Source of the DNA: a virus | Lineage: Duplodnaviria; Caudoviricetes | DNA: 64,000 nucleotides | Direction: 5' to 3' (one strand) | IMG/VR virus record: IMGVR_UViG_3300027887_000012 | Location: 397 to 64,396 of that record | Shown: positions 38,517-48,808 of the stretch, one piece after another | Numbering within the stretch: position 1 is the stretch's first letter | How the letters are laid out: the number at the start of each line of letters is the position of its first letter | Position numbers and translations under genes: made by a program | Notes under the pieces: model-generated | Seen by the model: the letters and a program-made list of their open reading frames with translations, nothing else | The model's database searches: none | Told to the model about the DNA's origin: nothing

Positions 38517-39334
38517 AAACATGTTTGGTAACAGGAGGGGCAGGAAGTCTTGGCAAAATCTTATGTCAAAAACTACTCCTACTTGGATATAAGGTAAGAT
38601 GCATGGATATCAGCGAATCTGCACTCGCAACTATAAGTTGTTCCGATAAATCCAGATTCACTGCGATATATGGTGATATCCGCGACTATACGCGCGTGAA
38701 CTTTGCGATGACAGGGTGTGATTATGTAATCCACACTGCCGCAATGAAAAACCTGAATGTCACTGAAAAGAACATCCCCGAAATCAATAAGACCAACATC
38801 ACAGGAACAGAAAATGTGATGGAGTCTGCGATTCAACAGAAAGTCAAGTCTGCGGTCATGATTGGCACAGATAAGGCAGTCGATTCAACCAGTGCGTATG
38901 GTGTATCAAAGTCTGCGGCTGAATGGTTGTGGACGCATGGTGGTAGGATATCTGATTACACCAAGTTCTTTATTGTGAGGTCAGGTAACTTCTGGATAAG
39001 TGCGGGCAACGTGTTTGAAGTCTGGGATAAACTCTATGCGCAAGGCGAACCGCTCCCGCTGACCGATTCGCGCATGATGCGATACTTCATTAAAACGGAG
39101 GATGTAGCTGATCTTGTCATTAACTCTTTATCGTTTGGCAAGACGGGGGATATCATCGTTCCCAAGATGCAGGAATATAACATGAAGGAATTACTTGACA
39201 AAATGTATCCGAACGCAGAGATATCGATTACAGGATTACGTCCCGGAGAATGTTTGAGTCACAATCTCGTAAACCCAGATGAAACATTAATAAGTGATTA
39301 CAACTCTTATTCGATTTATAGAAAAGGTGTATAA
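38513..39334 (+). CDS. UDP-GlcNAc 4,6-dehydratase (PseB/LegB/CapD-like)
   Basis: TGGAGSLG, GDIRD, HTAAMK, GTDKAVD...YGVSK, VRSGN, MMRYF, GLRPGE. Confidence 0.9.
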   Translation: MKTCLVTGGAGSLGKILCQKLLLLGYKVRCMDISESALATISCSDKSRFTAIYGDIRDYTRVNFAMTGCDYVIHTAAMKNLNVTEKNIPEINKTNITGTENVMESAIQQKVKSAVMIGTDKAVDSTSAYGVSKSAAEWLWTHGGRISDYTKFFIVRSGNFWISAGNVFEVWDKLYAQGEPLPLTDSRMMRYFIKTEDVADLVINSLSFGKTGDIIVPKMQEYNMKELLDKMYPNAEISITGLRPGECLSHNLVNPDETLISDYNSYSIYRKGV

Positions 39335-39336
39335 GA

Positions 39337-39954
39337 ATGGTTGGTACAGAAACATCAGGAAATTATGGTCATGCGGGCAGACCCGGAGAAGTCGGAGGCA
39401 GTGCGCCGGGTGGTGCCGCACCAAACCCACACCAAAACGTTGACGGGTTGGGAGAGGATTCTTATGGCGAATCAAACTATCGCGGGATAAAATTGATATC
39501 TTATGATAATATTGGTGATAAAGACAAAGCGTTTCAAAATGCGCATGATATAAAAAACGCGTTAGATAAAGCCCCTCAAAAAGATTACGAAGGATTAAAA
39601 GAACTTTACGTAACTGGTGGGGGGAGTTGGTTAGGTTCATCCTGTTATTTCCCAGAACATGATAGTCTGCTCTTAATGGATGGGTGGTTATCAAAAACAT
39701 CAGATGAAAGAGAGCGATCGTTACTTCACGAAATCGGGCATCGTGCGCAGTTTGTGACACGCAAACAGGACTTTGTTGATTTTCGCACTCATGGACTTAA
39801 AAAATACTTTTATGATGTTATTGACTCAAAATATTCTGATAATTATAAACCATCACAACACGCAGGGGAAACATTTGCGCAATCTTACGCATTATATCTT
39901 TGTAATATAAAACAACCAGAAGAATTAAATCAATTTTGGAGGGATAGGTTATGA
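39337..39954 (+). CDS. N-tagged zincin metallopeptidase effector
   Basis: MVGTETSGNYGHAGRPGEVGGS tag; LLHEIGH plus GETFAQSY. Confidence 0.75.
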   Translation: MVGTETSGNYGHAGRPGEVGGSAPGGAAPNPHQNVDGLGEDSYGESNYRGIKLISYDNIGDKDKAFQNAHDIKNALDKAPQKDYEGLKELYVTGGGSWLGSSCYFPEHDSLLLMDGWLSKTSDERERSLLHEIGHRAQFVTRKQDFVDFRTHGLKKYFYDVIDSKYSDNYKPSQHAGETFAQSYALYLCNIKQPEELNQFWRDRL

Positions 39955-40088
39955 AATTTGATAGTGTTCCCATAGAAGAATTCCCAAAAGAGCTGCGAAA
40001 AAAACTTATTGATAAAGTAATGGGTAAAAAAACAGTTATAGACTATGCGGTATCAAAGCCGATAGATAATAGACTGGTGAAAGAATGA
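39951..40088 (+). CDS. 45-aa partner with C-terminal PIDNRLV tag
   Basis: Not in ORF track; ATGA overlap; MKFDSVPIEEFPKELRKKLIDKVMGKKTVIDYAVSKPIDNRLVKE. Confidence 0.7.
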   Translation: MKFDSVPIEEFPKELRKKLIDKVMGKKTVIDYAVSKPIDNRLVKE

Positions 40089-40924
40089 AGGCGAAAGTTG
40101 AAAAGACCACAAAGAAAGAACCGAAAGAACCAAAAGATTCAAAAAAGGATATCCCGATGATAGATATTACTGATGAACACGATATTTACCGTGGAGAAGT
40201 CGAAACGCCGCGTGTATTGTGTATCATACCCGCGCGTGCAGGTAGTAAAGGCGTTCCCGACAAAAACATCAAACCTCTTTGGGGCAAACCACTTGTCTGG
40301 CACAGTGTGGAAGCTGCGAAAAACTGCGGGTATCCGTTGCAAAGAATTGTGGTATCAACAGAGTCACAACAGTATGCAGACATTGTGGAAGGATGGTGCG
40401 GTAAAGGATTGGTGCCGTTCTTACGCCCATCAGAGCTGGCGCACGATACAACCCCAACCTATCCAGTTATCATTCATACACTGGACACACTCAAAGAACG
40501 GTTCGGTGAAACCTATGATGTTGTCCTATTACTTGAACCAACCTCGCCACTGCGAACAGGACAACAGATCAATGAGGCATTGACCGCGTTGTTCCGGTCA
40601 AAGTATCGATCGATGGTATCTGTCTTCAAATCAGAACAATGTCATCCCGTTCTTGCGTTTAAGAAGGGCAGAGATGACCAGTTGCAACCATATGATGGTG
40701 CAGAATACCCCGCACACCCGCGCAGGCAGGCATTAAGCCCTGTCTATTTCATGGACGGGTCACTCTATGCATCATTCGTTGATACCTATCGACAAAAACA
40801 GAGTTTTGATCATGAGGACACTCTTGCATATGTCATGGAGGAATGGCAATCGTTTGAAGTCGATCACATCTGGGATTTCTATGTGATAGAAGGTATCCTG
40901 AAATGGAGGTCGGTGCCCGGATGA
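40085..40924 (+). CDS. neuA: acylneuraminate cytidylyltransferase (CMP-nonulosonate synthetase)
   Basis: IIPARAGSKGVPDKNIK, VVSTES, RPSELA.D, LEPTSPLR, DGSLY, SFEVD. Confidence 0.92.
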   Translation: MKAKVEKTTKKEPKEPKDSKKDIPMIDITDEHDIYRGEVETPRVLCIIPARAGSKGVPDKNIKPLWGKPLVWHSVEAAKNCGYPLQRIVVSTESQQYADIVEGWCGKGLVPFLRPSELAHDTTPTYPVIIHTLDTLKERFGETYDVVLLLEPTSPLRTGQQINEALTALFRSKYRSMVSVFKSEQCHPVLAFKKGRDDQLQPYDGAEYPAHPRRQALSPVYFMDGSLYASFVDTYRQKQSFDHEDTLAYVMEEWQSFEVDHIWDFYVIEGILKWRSVPG

Positions 40925-41145
40925 TACTTTACACGTTAACCGACTGCCCGAACTGCGATAACGTCAAAAGAATGTTGCACGCCGCAGGATATGAGTTTGA
41001 GGAGAAAGACATGTCCTCACCAGAATCGATTACTGAAATGCGGTTCAACGGGTGTTTTGAAATGAACGCTCCCGTGTTGCAGATTGAAGATAAATTCTAC
41101 AACTACGATCAACTCAAAGATGGTAAGATTTCAGAGGCGATTTAA
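40921..41145 (+). CDS. glutaredoxin/NrdH-like redoxin
   Basis: YTLTDCPNC...APVLQI; resembles methanogen NrdH-like proteins (from memory). Confidence 0.8.
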   Translation: MILYTLTDCPNCDNVKRMLHAAGYEFEEKDMSSPESITEMRFNGCFEMNAPVLQIEDKFYNYDQLKDGKISEAI

Positions 41146-41431
41146 AATGTGTGATAACTGTAAAGATAAATGTTCAAATTATCTCCCAACTGGGAAAAAG
41201 AGTTGTTATAAGAACAAATGTCATACGTGCGAATGCAGATGTTGCCCTGATAACTACGATTGCGAAACGCGCATTGCGAAATGTTGTTACTGTCAACACA
41301 CACCACAAAGGACTACATGGACATATACCTATCCCCCCACACCGTATTATTCAATCACATCAAATCAGTCAAACACACTATGAGGTGAGGTTACGAGTAA
41401 ATTTGTAAGTTATCGGGACGCACAAAAAATC

Positions 41432-42658
41432 ATGCCGGGTGGCAATGGACTTCTCTCAAAACGACCAGAGTTAAAGAGTGCGAACTATCCACAGTATGCC
41501 GATCGCGCGCATGGGTGCGAGATTGTTGCACAGAACAAAAAGTATCTTGACTTCCACCTGATGGGTATCGGGTGTTGCACTCTTGGATACTCGGATGAAG
41601 ATGTTGATGATGCAGTCAGAGAATGTATCCGTGACGGCAACATGACCTCTTTAAACTGTTATGAAGAATACGAACTGGCGGAACTCCTCTTAAAGACCAA
41701 TCCTGCAATGCACATGGTCAGGTTCAGTCGATTGGGTTGTGATGCACTATCACAGGCGATCAGAGTCGCGCGCGCGCATACAGGTAAATCTAAAATCCTA
41801 CATTGGGGATACCACGGGTGGCACGACTGGTATATGGCGGGTTCGTGTGAGTTTGACGCATCATTATATATGGGACCCAACGGGCAACCAAATGCAGGTA
41901 TCCCAAAATGCCTGAAGAAAAAGATTGGGCAGTTTGAACTTGATGCAGACCTGTCAAACGTTGCCGCGGTGATTCTTGAACCCGCACTGTTCACCACAGA
42001 TTTCTTGAATGAGGCGTGCCAAAAAACATATGATGCAGATGTGCCGTTGATCTATGACGAAATCACATCTGGGTTCAGGACACATCTTGGTGGCACGTAT
42101 CTTGACATAACGCGCAACTGGGACCCGGATATCGTGGTCTATGGGAAGGCGATGGGTAATGGGTATCCTATCTGCGCGATCGTTGGGAACGAACATGTTA
42201 TGAGTGCATATAATGACACGTTCGTATCGTCAACCTTCAACACAGAACGCACAGGATTTTGTGCCGCGATTGCCACTATTGAGAAGATGCAAAAGAATCG
42301 TGTGCAGGACACATTGGTTCGTAACGGAGGAGCTGTAAAGAAACTCTGGAAAGAAGCTGCGAAGGAATGCGGACTTAAACTTGAAATAACCGGCATTGAC
42401 CCGCTTGCGACCTTTGAATTCATTGAGGACGAACGATTTGATTATATTGATAAAGACGTATATGCAACTCTTTATCAACAAGAAATGGTGAAAAAAGGAT
42501 TTCTTGCAGGTAGTCAATATTACGCATCAGTCGCACACGACTTTGAGAAATCGGTTAAGTTTGAACTTGCAGTGCATGAAGTGTTCCACGACATTACCGA
42601 AAAAAACATGTATCCTGACAACGCACACATAATAAAACGCGGGGTCAAACACACATGA
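41432..42658 (+). CDS. class III aminotransferase (GSA-aminomutase-like)
   Basis: RAHGC...YLDF, VRFS..G, LIYDEITSGFR, DIVVYGKAMGNG, SSTF. Confidence 0.9.
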   Translation: MPGGNGLLSKRPELKSANYPQYADRAHGCEIVAQNKKYLDFHLMGIGCCTLGYSDEDVDDAVRECIRDGNMTSLNCYEEYELAELLLKTNPAMHMVRFSRLGCDALSQAIRVARAHTGKSKILHWGYHGWHDWYMAGSCEFDASLYMGPNGQPNAGIPKCLKKKIGQFELDADLSNVAAVILEPALFTTDFLNEACQKTYDADVPLIYDEITSGFRTHLGGTYLDITRNWDPDIVVYGKAMGNGYPICAIVGNEHVMSAYNDTFVSSTFNTERTGFCAAIATIEKMQKNRVQDTLVRNGGAVKKLWKEAAKECGLKLEITGIDPLATFEFIEDERFDYIDKDVYATLYQQEMVKKGFLAGSQYYASVAHDFEKSVKFELAVHEVFHDITEKNMYPDNAHIIKRGVKHT

Positions 42659-43278
42659 AAATCTTGGTAACAGGTGGGTCAGGGTTAATTGGTACTGCAA
42701 TTCGTCATCATTTAGTACCGAACACCATTATCAATTATGATCTCTATTTTGACTATGATGATTATATTGGTTGTAGTGCGCGCGTTGATGCGCGTATCCC
42801 ATTACACAAATATATGTATCCTGATCTTGATGTATTCATCGACTGCGCGCGATATGGCAAACCATCAGAACAGTTCATAACATGGAACACGGTTATCAAT
42901 CACTTTAAACAACAGGGTAAAGGCAAAATGATCCTGTTTTCATCAATCTATGGTCACAAGGTACCCGATTTCTCAATCTATCAAGATACAGAAATTGAAG
43001 AAACACCGATTGAATACGCGATCTGGAAGGCAGGCACAGAACACGCAACACGATTCTTGGCGCAGAAACTTAAACCTTATTACATTCAAGTTAATTGCAT
43101 TGCACCCGGTGGTGTTCATGATAAACAATCACTTGCGTTCCAACAACTTTATAAGGAAAGTGGTGGTGTATCGATGATCACAACAAAGAATATATTACCT
43201 GTTATTGATATGTTGTTACACAAAGACAACGCGATCAACGGGCAGGTAATAACGATCGATAAAGGATGGTCGTTATGA
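42655..43278 (+). CDS. short-chain dehydrogenase/reductase (PtmA-like)
   Basis: TGGSGLIG, FSSIYG, YAIWK, VNCIAPGG, GQVITIDKG. Confidence 0.85.
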   Translation: MKILVTGGSGLIGTAIRHHLVPNTIINYDLYFDYDDYIGCSARVDARIPLHKYMYPDLDVFIDCARYGKPSEQFITWNTVINHFKQQGKGKMILFSSIYGHKVPDFSIYQDTEIEETPIEYAIWKAGTEHATRFLAQKLKPYYIQVNCIAPGGVHDKQSLAFQQLYKESGGVSMITTKNILPVIDMLLHKDNAINGQVITIDKGWSL

Positions 43279-43974
43279 TTGATATGATATCAGACACACC
43301 ATATAAATGCCCGAAATGTAATCTGGTAGGTGTAGTAATGAAACGCGAACCACGAATACTGCATATGAAATGTGGTCGATGCGGTGCAACGTGGCAATGT
43401 AAAGAGGTGACTGGGAATTGAGTAACGATCAACCGTTCTTATGTGAAATCTGCGGGAAAATAGGTCGTGTAATGTGTGAACGACCGCAGATTGGTGGTGG
43501 TGTGACGTATGAAATGCGATGCGAATGTGGGAACGAATGGGGAGTCAACCGGTGGGTTCATGACAGGACATGACTATGACAACAACGGATAAATACGAAC
43601 TGTTTGAAATGCAGGACTTTGGGAAAGGCAGACTCATCATGGTTTCTCCCGGGTTTGATACTGTGAAAACCTATTATCTGCACCTGCGTAAAGACTCACC
43701 AGAGATGAAACTGCAAATCTTACGAACAAAAAAAGAAGTCGTGGATATGAGTGATTGGGAATGAGGAAAGAGTGGGATATGTTTGAGGGAATGTTTGAGT
43801 TTTTTTCGTTTGGATATATATTATCAACATTTACTACTACATTCGCATTTATTTATATGATTATTGAACCATCGATTAAAACTTTTACAATCATGATTTT
43901 ACTTGCTATTTTTGGTGCAATCTGTTGTTTGGCATGGGATGATCTCAATCGTTTCAGGATATGGTGTTTTGTGA

Positions 43975-44862
43975 ATGGTTAAAATACTTGTACCTATTGG
44001 TTGTCGAAGCGATGAGGGATTATCTGCACCTGTTATCAAACGGATGAAATCGGCAGGGTTTGAGGTAAAGACAATTCGACTTGATGCACAACAGTTCATA
44101 CCATCGTATCAGGTTGTTGACTTGATGTGCAGAGGACAGAATCATGTTGGCACATTTGCGTGGAAACCAGACCTTGTTTTCATTACAGGTGATCGTGTAG
44201 AAATGTGCGCGGCTGCGTGCGCCGCATTTCATAACAAGATCAAGATCGCGCATTTCTACGGAGGAGTGGTGAACATCCCTATAACCACCTTCGATGATAT
44301 TGATCGTCACTGCATCACACTCTGGTCAGACATTCAATTTGTTGAAAGTGATGAATGCGCGGATGTTGTTGCAGATTTACGAAAAAACTTTCATTTGATG
44401 AATTCGAGGCACAATATTCACGTTGTGGGTATTTCACACATGGATGATTTGGAGGTTGACGAATCACTGGTGCCGCATTCCTGTTTTCCAGAATGTCACA
44501 AACAGGAATATGATCTGGTTCTGATGAATGGTGAAACAATACTGCTGACCGCAGGATGGATATGGGATCATAAACGTCACGAAATTCAGATAGGATCAAA
44601 TCCAGATAAAAATATTGGCAGACTTGTGGGTGTTGATACCTATTATGAGAATCTACCCAGACCGCAATTTCTCGGACTCTTAAAGAACTGCACGCGATTC
44701 ATCACCAATTCGTCCTGCGCGATCTACGAAGCTCCCTATTTCCTTAAACCCGAACAGATCGTAATGATAGGTGATCGTAACAAGAATCGAACAAAGGGAT
44801 CCTTTGAAATCGGTGCCAGTGATAAAATTGTAAAGATATTGAGGGAAAAATATGGAACATGA
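43975..44862 (+). CDS. neuC: UDP-N-acetylglucosamine 2-epimerase (hydrolysing NeuC/LegG type)
   Basis: GCRSD, TGDRVE, AHFYGG, DDIDRHCIT, VGISHMD, ITNSS...EAP, IGDRN. Confidence 0.85.
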   Translation: MVKILVPIGCRSDEGLSAPVIKRMKSAGFEVKTIRLDAQQFIPSYQVVDLMCRGQNHVGTFAWKPDLVFITGDRVEMCAAACAAFHNKIKIAHFYGGVVNIPITTFDDIDRHCITLWSDIQFVESDECADVVADLRKNFHLMNSRHNIHVVGISHMDDLEVDESLVPHSCFPECHKQEYDLVLMNGETILLTAGWIWDHKRHEIQIGSNPDKNIGRLVGVDTYYENLPRPQFLGLLKNCTRFITNSSCAIYEAPYFLKPEQIVMIGDRNKNRTKGSFEIGASDKIVKILREKYGT

Positions 44863-45292
44863 CTTTGTATTCAAACAATTAATCGTTCATCCGGGCGGGT
44901 ATCACGTAAAATATACTTGCGTGAATCCGGGATGCGATATCTCATTCGAATTGCCAATGGATGACCCTGATGCAATAGACCCCTCTGTTAAACGGAATTA
45001 CAGGTCTATCAAACAGATGATAAAAGGGAATTATCCTGATTGCCCGTATACCTGCGATACCGATCCATTCAAACAGGCGCGTGAAGATAATATTAAGGAT
45101 TCCACATGAAACATAATTGGGTATTCACCGAAGCAAAACATGAGGATGGATGTACTGAACTGATTTTCAGGTGTTCAAATACAGGATGCACAAAATTCGC
45201 GTCATTCGCAACAGGCTCCCGGTATATCAGCCGAACCCTAAAATTCGGATTGGAAAAACTCAATAAGACCGAAACAAAATGGGATGTTTGCC

Positions 45293-45670
45293 ATGTGGAC
45301 GAAGCCAAAAATAATCCATAATCGCCCTACTAAATGGAACTGGATGGTATGCAGACCAGAATATCTCACTTTAGGAAACCATGTGGATATCGGGGCATTC
45401 TGTTATCTTCAGGCACAACAGGGCATCACTATTGAGGATGACGTTCAAATCGGTTCGCATTGTTCTATCTATACAGTATCCACGATCGATGGTAAACAAG
45501 GAAAAGTATTGATTAAGAAAAACGCGCGTATAGGCACACACTCAACAGTCATGCCCGGGATAACTGTTGGGATAAACAGTGTGGTTGGTGCGCACTCTTT
45601 TGTAACACGCGACATTCCTGATAACGAGATGTGGTTCGGTGTCCCAGTGCATTTTCACAAAATTATTTAA
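45293..45670 (+). CDS. hexapeptide-repeat acyltransferase
   Basis: LGNHVDIG...IEDDVQIG...IKKNARIG...VMPGITVGINSVVGAHSFVTRD...WFGVP. Confidence 0.85.
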   Translation: MWTKPKIIHNRPTKWNWMVCRPEYLTLGNHVDIGAFCYLQAQQGITIEDDVQIGSHCSIYTVSTIDGKQGKVLIKKNARIGTHSTVMPGITVGINSVVGAHSFVTRDIPDNEMWFGVPVHFHKII

Positions 45671-45708
45671 TGATTGTAGTCGTTTATATTGATATAAAGG
45701 GGTGTAAT

Positions 45709-46125
45709 ATGGATGCGAACACTGCGATAGTAATTGCAACAATCTATTATATTGTTGTCATGTATTTGATGTTTCTGGAATTGGTAAAGCCGGTTCCTCA
45801 AACGGGCACCGTTAAGGGTACTGTATCCTACGGTGGCGATGTTGAGAATGTAACGATGACTCTTGAAAAGGACGGGGTTGTTGTTGCGAGTGTTGTCACT
45901 GATGCAACCGGGGCATATGCGTTTGTTGACGCACTTGCCATTGGAGATTATCTCCTGAAGGCACATAAGGATGTTGCGGAAGGATTCCTTACCGCTGAAA
46001 CGTATATCTCCATCATTGGTGGAGAGAACATCGAAGCCGACTTACCACTGGTAAAAACATCAAACCTGCGTGCGCACCCAAAACCCTCTTTTAACACCAA
46101 ATCTCTTGGTATTTACAAATCGTGA
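45709..46125 (+). CDS. membrane-anchored carboxypeptidase-regulatory-like (Ig-like) protein
   Basis: N-terminal TM; GTVKGTV...TDATGAYAF...GDYLL. Confidence 0.65.
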   Translation: MDANTAIVIATIYYIVVMYLMFLELVKPVPQTGTVKGTVSYGGDVENVTMTLEKDGVVVASVVTDATGAYAFVDALAIGDYLLKAHKDVAEGFLTAETYISIIGGENIEADLPLVKTSNLRAHPKPSFNTKSLGIYKS

Positions 46126-46148
46126 CCCAATCTGACTCCAGATTGACA

Positions 46149-46204
46149 GAAACTTATATTACCTCATAGGTCAATTAGTAATTGTAATACTGTCAACAGT
46201 ATTA
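46149..46204 (+). promoter_or_regulatory. early-type promoter with overlapping palindrome
   Basis: aaacTTATAT at 46154, TTGTAATAC at 46182-46190; TAATACTG-TCAA-CAGTATTA at 46185-46204. Confidence 0.75.
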
Positions 46205-46217
46205 TCGGAGTGATATC

Positions 46218-46460
46218 GTGAAGAAAACACCAGACATTCTCCGTCCAGTGGGCGGGGTATATCGTGTGCCTCTCCGCAGAGTCTTTAACAAGACTCACAA
46301 AGAGGATGAGGACTGGGGCAAGGTGTATGGCGATAAGAAATGCCTGAAGTGCAAAAAACATTTTCAGGAAGGTGACGCATATACGATCGTCACACAGTGG
46401 AAAGGAACAACTGGTACAGTGCCAGTGCAGAAAGGACAACATGTGGAGTGTGTGAAATGA
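46218..46460 (+). CDS. small Zn-ribbon hypothetical protein
   Basis: GGAGTGA RBS; CLKC...HVEC. Confidence 0.55.
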   Translation: MKKTPDILRPVGGVYRVPLRRVFNKTHKEDEDWGKVYGDKKCLKCKKHFQEGDAYTIVTQWKGTTGTVPVQKGQHVECVK

Positions 46461-46572
46461 AGAAAAAACTTACTGAATCCGAGGAGTTTGAAAAGAAATT
46501 TCGCAGACTTTTAAATAGAGATCGTGTGTTTGTACGTAAATGTGGAGAAGATTATTTTAAGAGTGATGAAAA

Positions 46573-46956
46573 ATGATCGATGAATCTTTTGTTTGGAGAA
46601 CTATCAGGGAATATGCACCGAAGTTAGGTATTGACTGCCCAGTAGATTTGCGTATCAGGAGATTACGCGGGTCTTATGGAACATGTGGGTTACTTCTTCC
46701 TTCAAAATATAAGATGACGTTGGGATATAAACCAAAACCCGAACCGTATCAACGACCGTATATTGAACTCACTCTTGATCACGATCTTGTCTGCGGGAAA
46801 TATGGGATGGATAAGCTGCGTGACGTAATTATTCATGAACTGATACATGGCACAGGCAATCACACACACAACAAACATTTCTATGAAACCGCATTATCAT
46901 TAGGCATAGAGCTTGATCATGGGTCATACGAGAAGTTTGCCGCGTGTCATAGATAA
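46573..46956 (+). CDS. SprT-like metallopeptidase
   Basis: GTCG...IIHELIH...HNKHFY. Confidence 0.75.
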   Translation: MIDESFVWRTIREYAPKLGIDCPVDLRIRRLRGSYGTCGLLLPSKYKMTLGYKPKPEPYQRPYIELTLDHDLVCGKYGMDKLRDVIIHELIHGTGNHTHNKHFYETALSLGIELDHGSYEKFAACHR

Positions 46957-47023
46957 TTATTAATAATATCACAATCAAATATAATCCATCTATTTTTCCT
47001 CTTTTGCGCGCGGGGGTGCGTTC

Positions 47024-48601
47024 GTGAGTAAAGTAACTGTGGTTTTAAATGCATTAAATAATGGTGCGGAGATTGACGGTGCGATGATTGCCGCACTCGT
47101 TCAATCAAACAGAGATAATCGCAAACGCATGACCGACATGCATGGGCGATATATCGGGTCAAAAGAATCGATACCTGTGTTCAGTCGCGAATTCCTTGAC
47201 CAATCAAAAATAAACTCAAAACTCAATAATGATTTCTTCAGTGATATCGTAGATACCAAAGTCGGGTATCTTCTTGGTATTCCTGTAAGTTATACCTATC
47301 GTGAACCAGAACCCGACGAATCAACGGGTCAACCAAATCCTATTGAGGCACAAAACAAAAAGATCATTGATGAGAAACTTCAGGACTTCGCGCGCAGAGA
47401 GAATCTTTCAGAGGTCGATGCAGAAACCGCAAAGTTCGCCGCAATATGTGGGTTCGGTGCGCGACTGTGTTTTGTCGGCGAGGATGGCGATGAACATGTG
47501 CAGAACGTGTATCCGTGGGAGTGCATTTTCCTTGTCGATGACAATGACATTCAACATCCAGATTACGCATTGCGATATTGGGAAGAGGAGGTCGCAATCA
47601 GTGGGATAGATAACACTCAAACGATTTACAAGTGCGAGTTTTATGATGAGAAGAATATCTATTACTTCATACAGGTAATCGATACTTCCAATACTAACCC
47701 ATCACCAACCGCCTCACAAATGGTGACGTTTACATTAGACCCCAACAAACCACCTCAACCGCATATGTTCGCAACCTGCCCATTAATAGGATTCCCGAAC
47801 AATGATGAAATGATTGGTGACTGCGATAAAGTGTTGTCATTAATTGACGCATACGATCGCACACTCTCTGATCTATCTTCAGAACTGGAACAGATGCGGC
47901 TGGCATACATGGCAATCTATGGTGTAAGACCAGATGACGATTTCCTTGCACAAATCAAAAAGACTGGTACAATAGGGTTTGACGACCCGGAAGATCGTGT
48001 TGAATTTATCCAGAAGAATCTTAACGACACAGTAATTGAAAATCACTTGAATAGGTTGTGTGAAGATATCTATTATTTCAGTGGGTCGCCGAATTTCAGA
48101 GATCAGGCGTTCGCAGGTAATATCTCTGGGGTTGCACTGAAGTTTAAACTATTCAAACTGGAATCAAAATGTATATCAGCGGAACGTGAATTCCAAGTTG
48201 CACTGCATCAGATGTTTGAAATCGTTGGTACCAAATGGCAGATTGAAGCTGTTGACTTTGAACCAGATGATGTGGAGTATAAGTTTAAGAGAAACTTCCC
48301 ATTGAACCTTGCAGATGAGGCGTCCACAACCTCAATGTTGGCAGGACTTGTATCTGAAGAAACCAGACTCAAACAATTATCGTTCGTTCCAGACCCTAAA
48401 AAGGAGTTGGAATTAATGAAGGCAGAACAACAGGAACAGATTAACCTTCAACAATTCGCAAATGCGAATGCCCAGAACCCACAGGAACAACCTGCACAAC
48501 CCAACGCACAGGATCAAGGACAAAATCAAGTACAACCTCAACCGGGAGATTATAATTCTCCCGTGGGGTATCGACAGATGGATTATCAGGGGGTAAAGTA
48601 A
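47024..48601 (+). CDS. portal protein (SPP1 gp6-like)
   Basis: NDFFSDIVDTKVGYLLGIP, NNDEMIGD...LIDAYD, GNISGVALKFK, FKRNFP. Confidence 0.93.
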   Translation: MSKVTVVLNALNNGAEIDGAMIAALVQSNRDNRKRMTDMHGRYIGSKESIPVFSREFLDQSKINSKLNNDFFSDIVDTKVGYLLGIPVSYTYREPEPDESTGQPNPIEAQNKKIIDEKLQDFARRENLSEVDAETAKFAAICGFGARLCFVGEDGDEHVQNVYPWECIFLVDDNDIQHPDYALRYWEEEVAISGIDNTQTIYKCEFYDEKNIYYFIQVIDTSNTNPSPTASQMVTFTLDPNKPPQPHMFATCPLIGFPNNDEMIGDCDKVLSLIDAYDRTLSDLSSELEQMRLAYMAIYGVRPDDDFLAQIKKTGTIGFDDPEDRVEFIQKNLNDTVIENHLNRLCEDIYYFSGSPNFRDQAFAGNISGVALKFKLFKLESKCISAEREFQVALHQMFEIVGTKWQIEAVDFEPDDVEYKFKRNFPLNLADEASTTSMLAGLVSEETRLKQLSFVPDPKKELELMKAEQQEQINLQQFANANAQNPQEQPAQPNAQDQGQNQVQPQPGDYNSPVGYRQMDYQGVK

Positions 48602-48799
48602 ATGGGTGGACCCGGTAGTGGACCCAGACCCGGTAGTGGCAAACGACATTCACCGAAGAATCTTGTCACAACTGGTACAAAGAAAGTATCGACAAAGACT
48701 ATGAAATCAAACTGGCAATCGAACAACCCTTGGACTTCAGGCAGGAGAATCCCGCCAATGGAAGGTTCAAGGTCAAGAGTATTGAAATCAAAGAAGTGA
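48602..48799 (+). CDS. small basic peptide with MGGPGSG tag
   Basis: MGGPGSGPRPGSGKRH...; starts directly after portal stop. Confidence 0.65.
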   Translation: MGGPGSGPRPGSGKRHSPKNLVTTGTKKVSTKTMKSNWQSNNPWTSGRRIPPMEGSRSRVLKSKK

Positions 48800-48808
48800 G
48801 GACGAATC

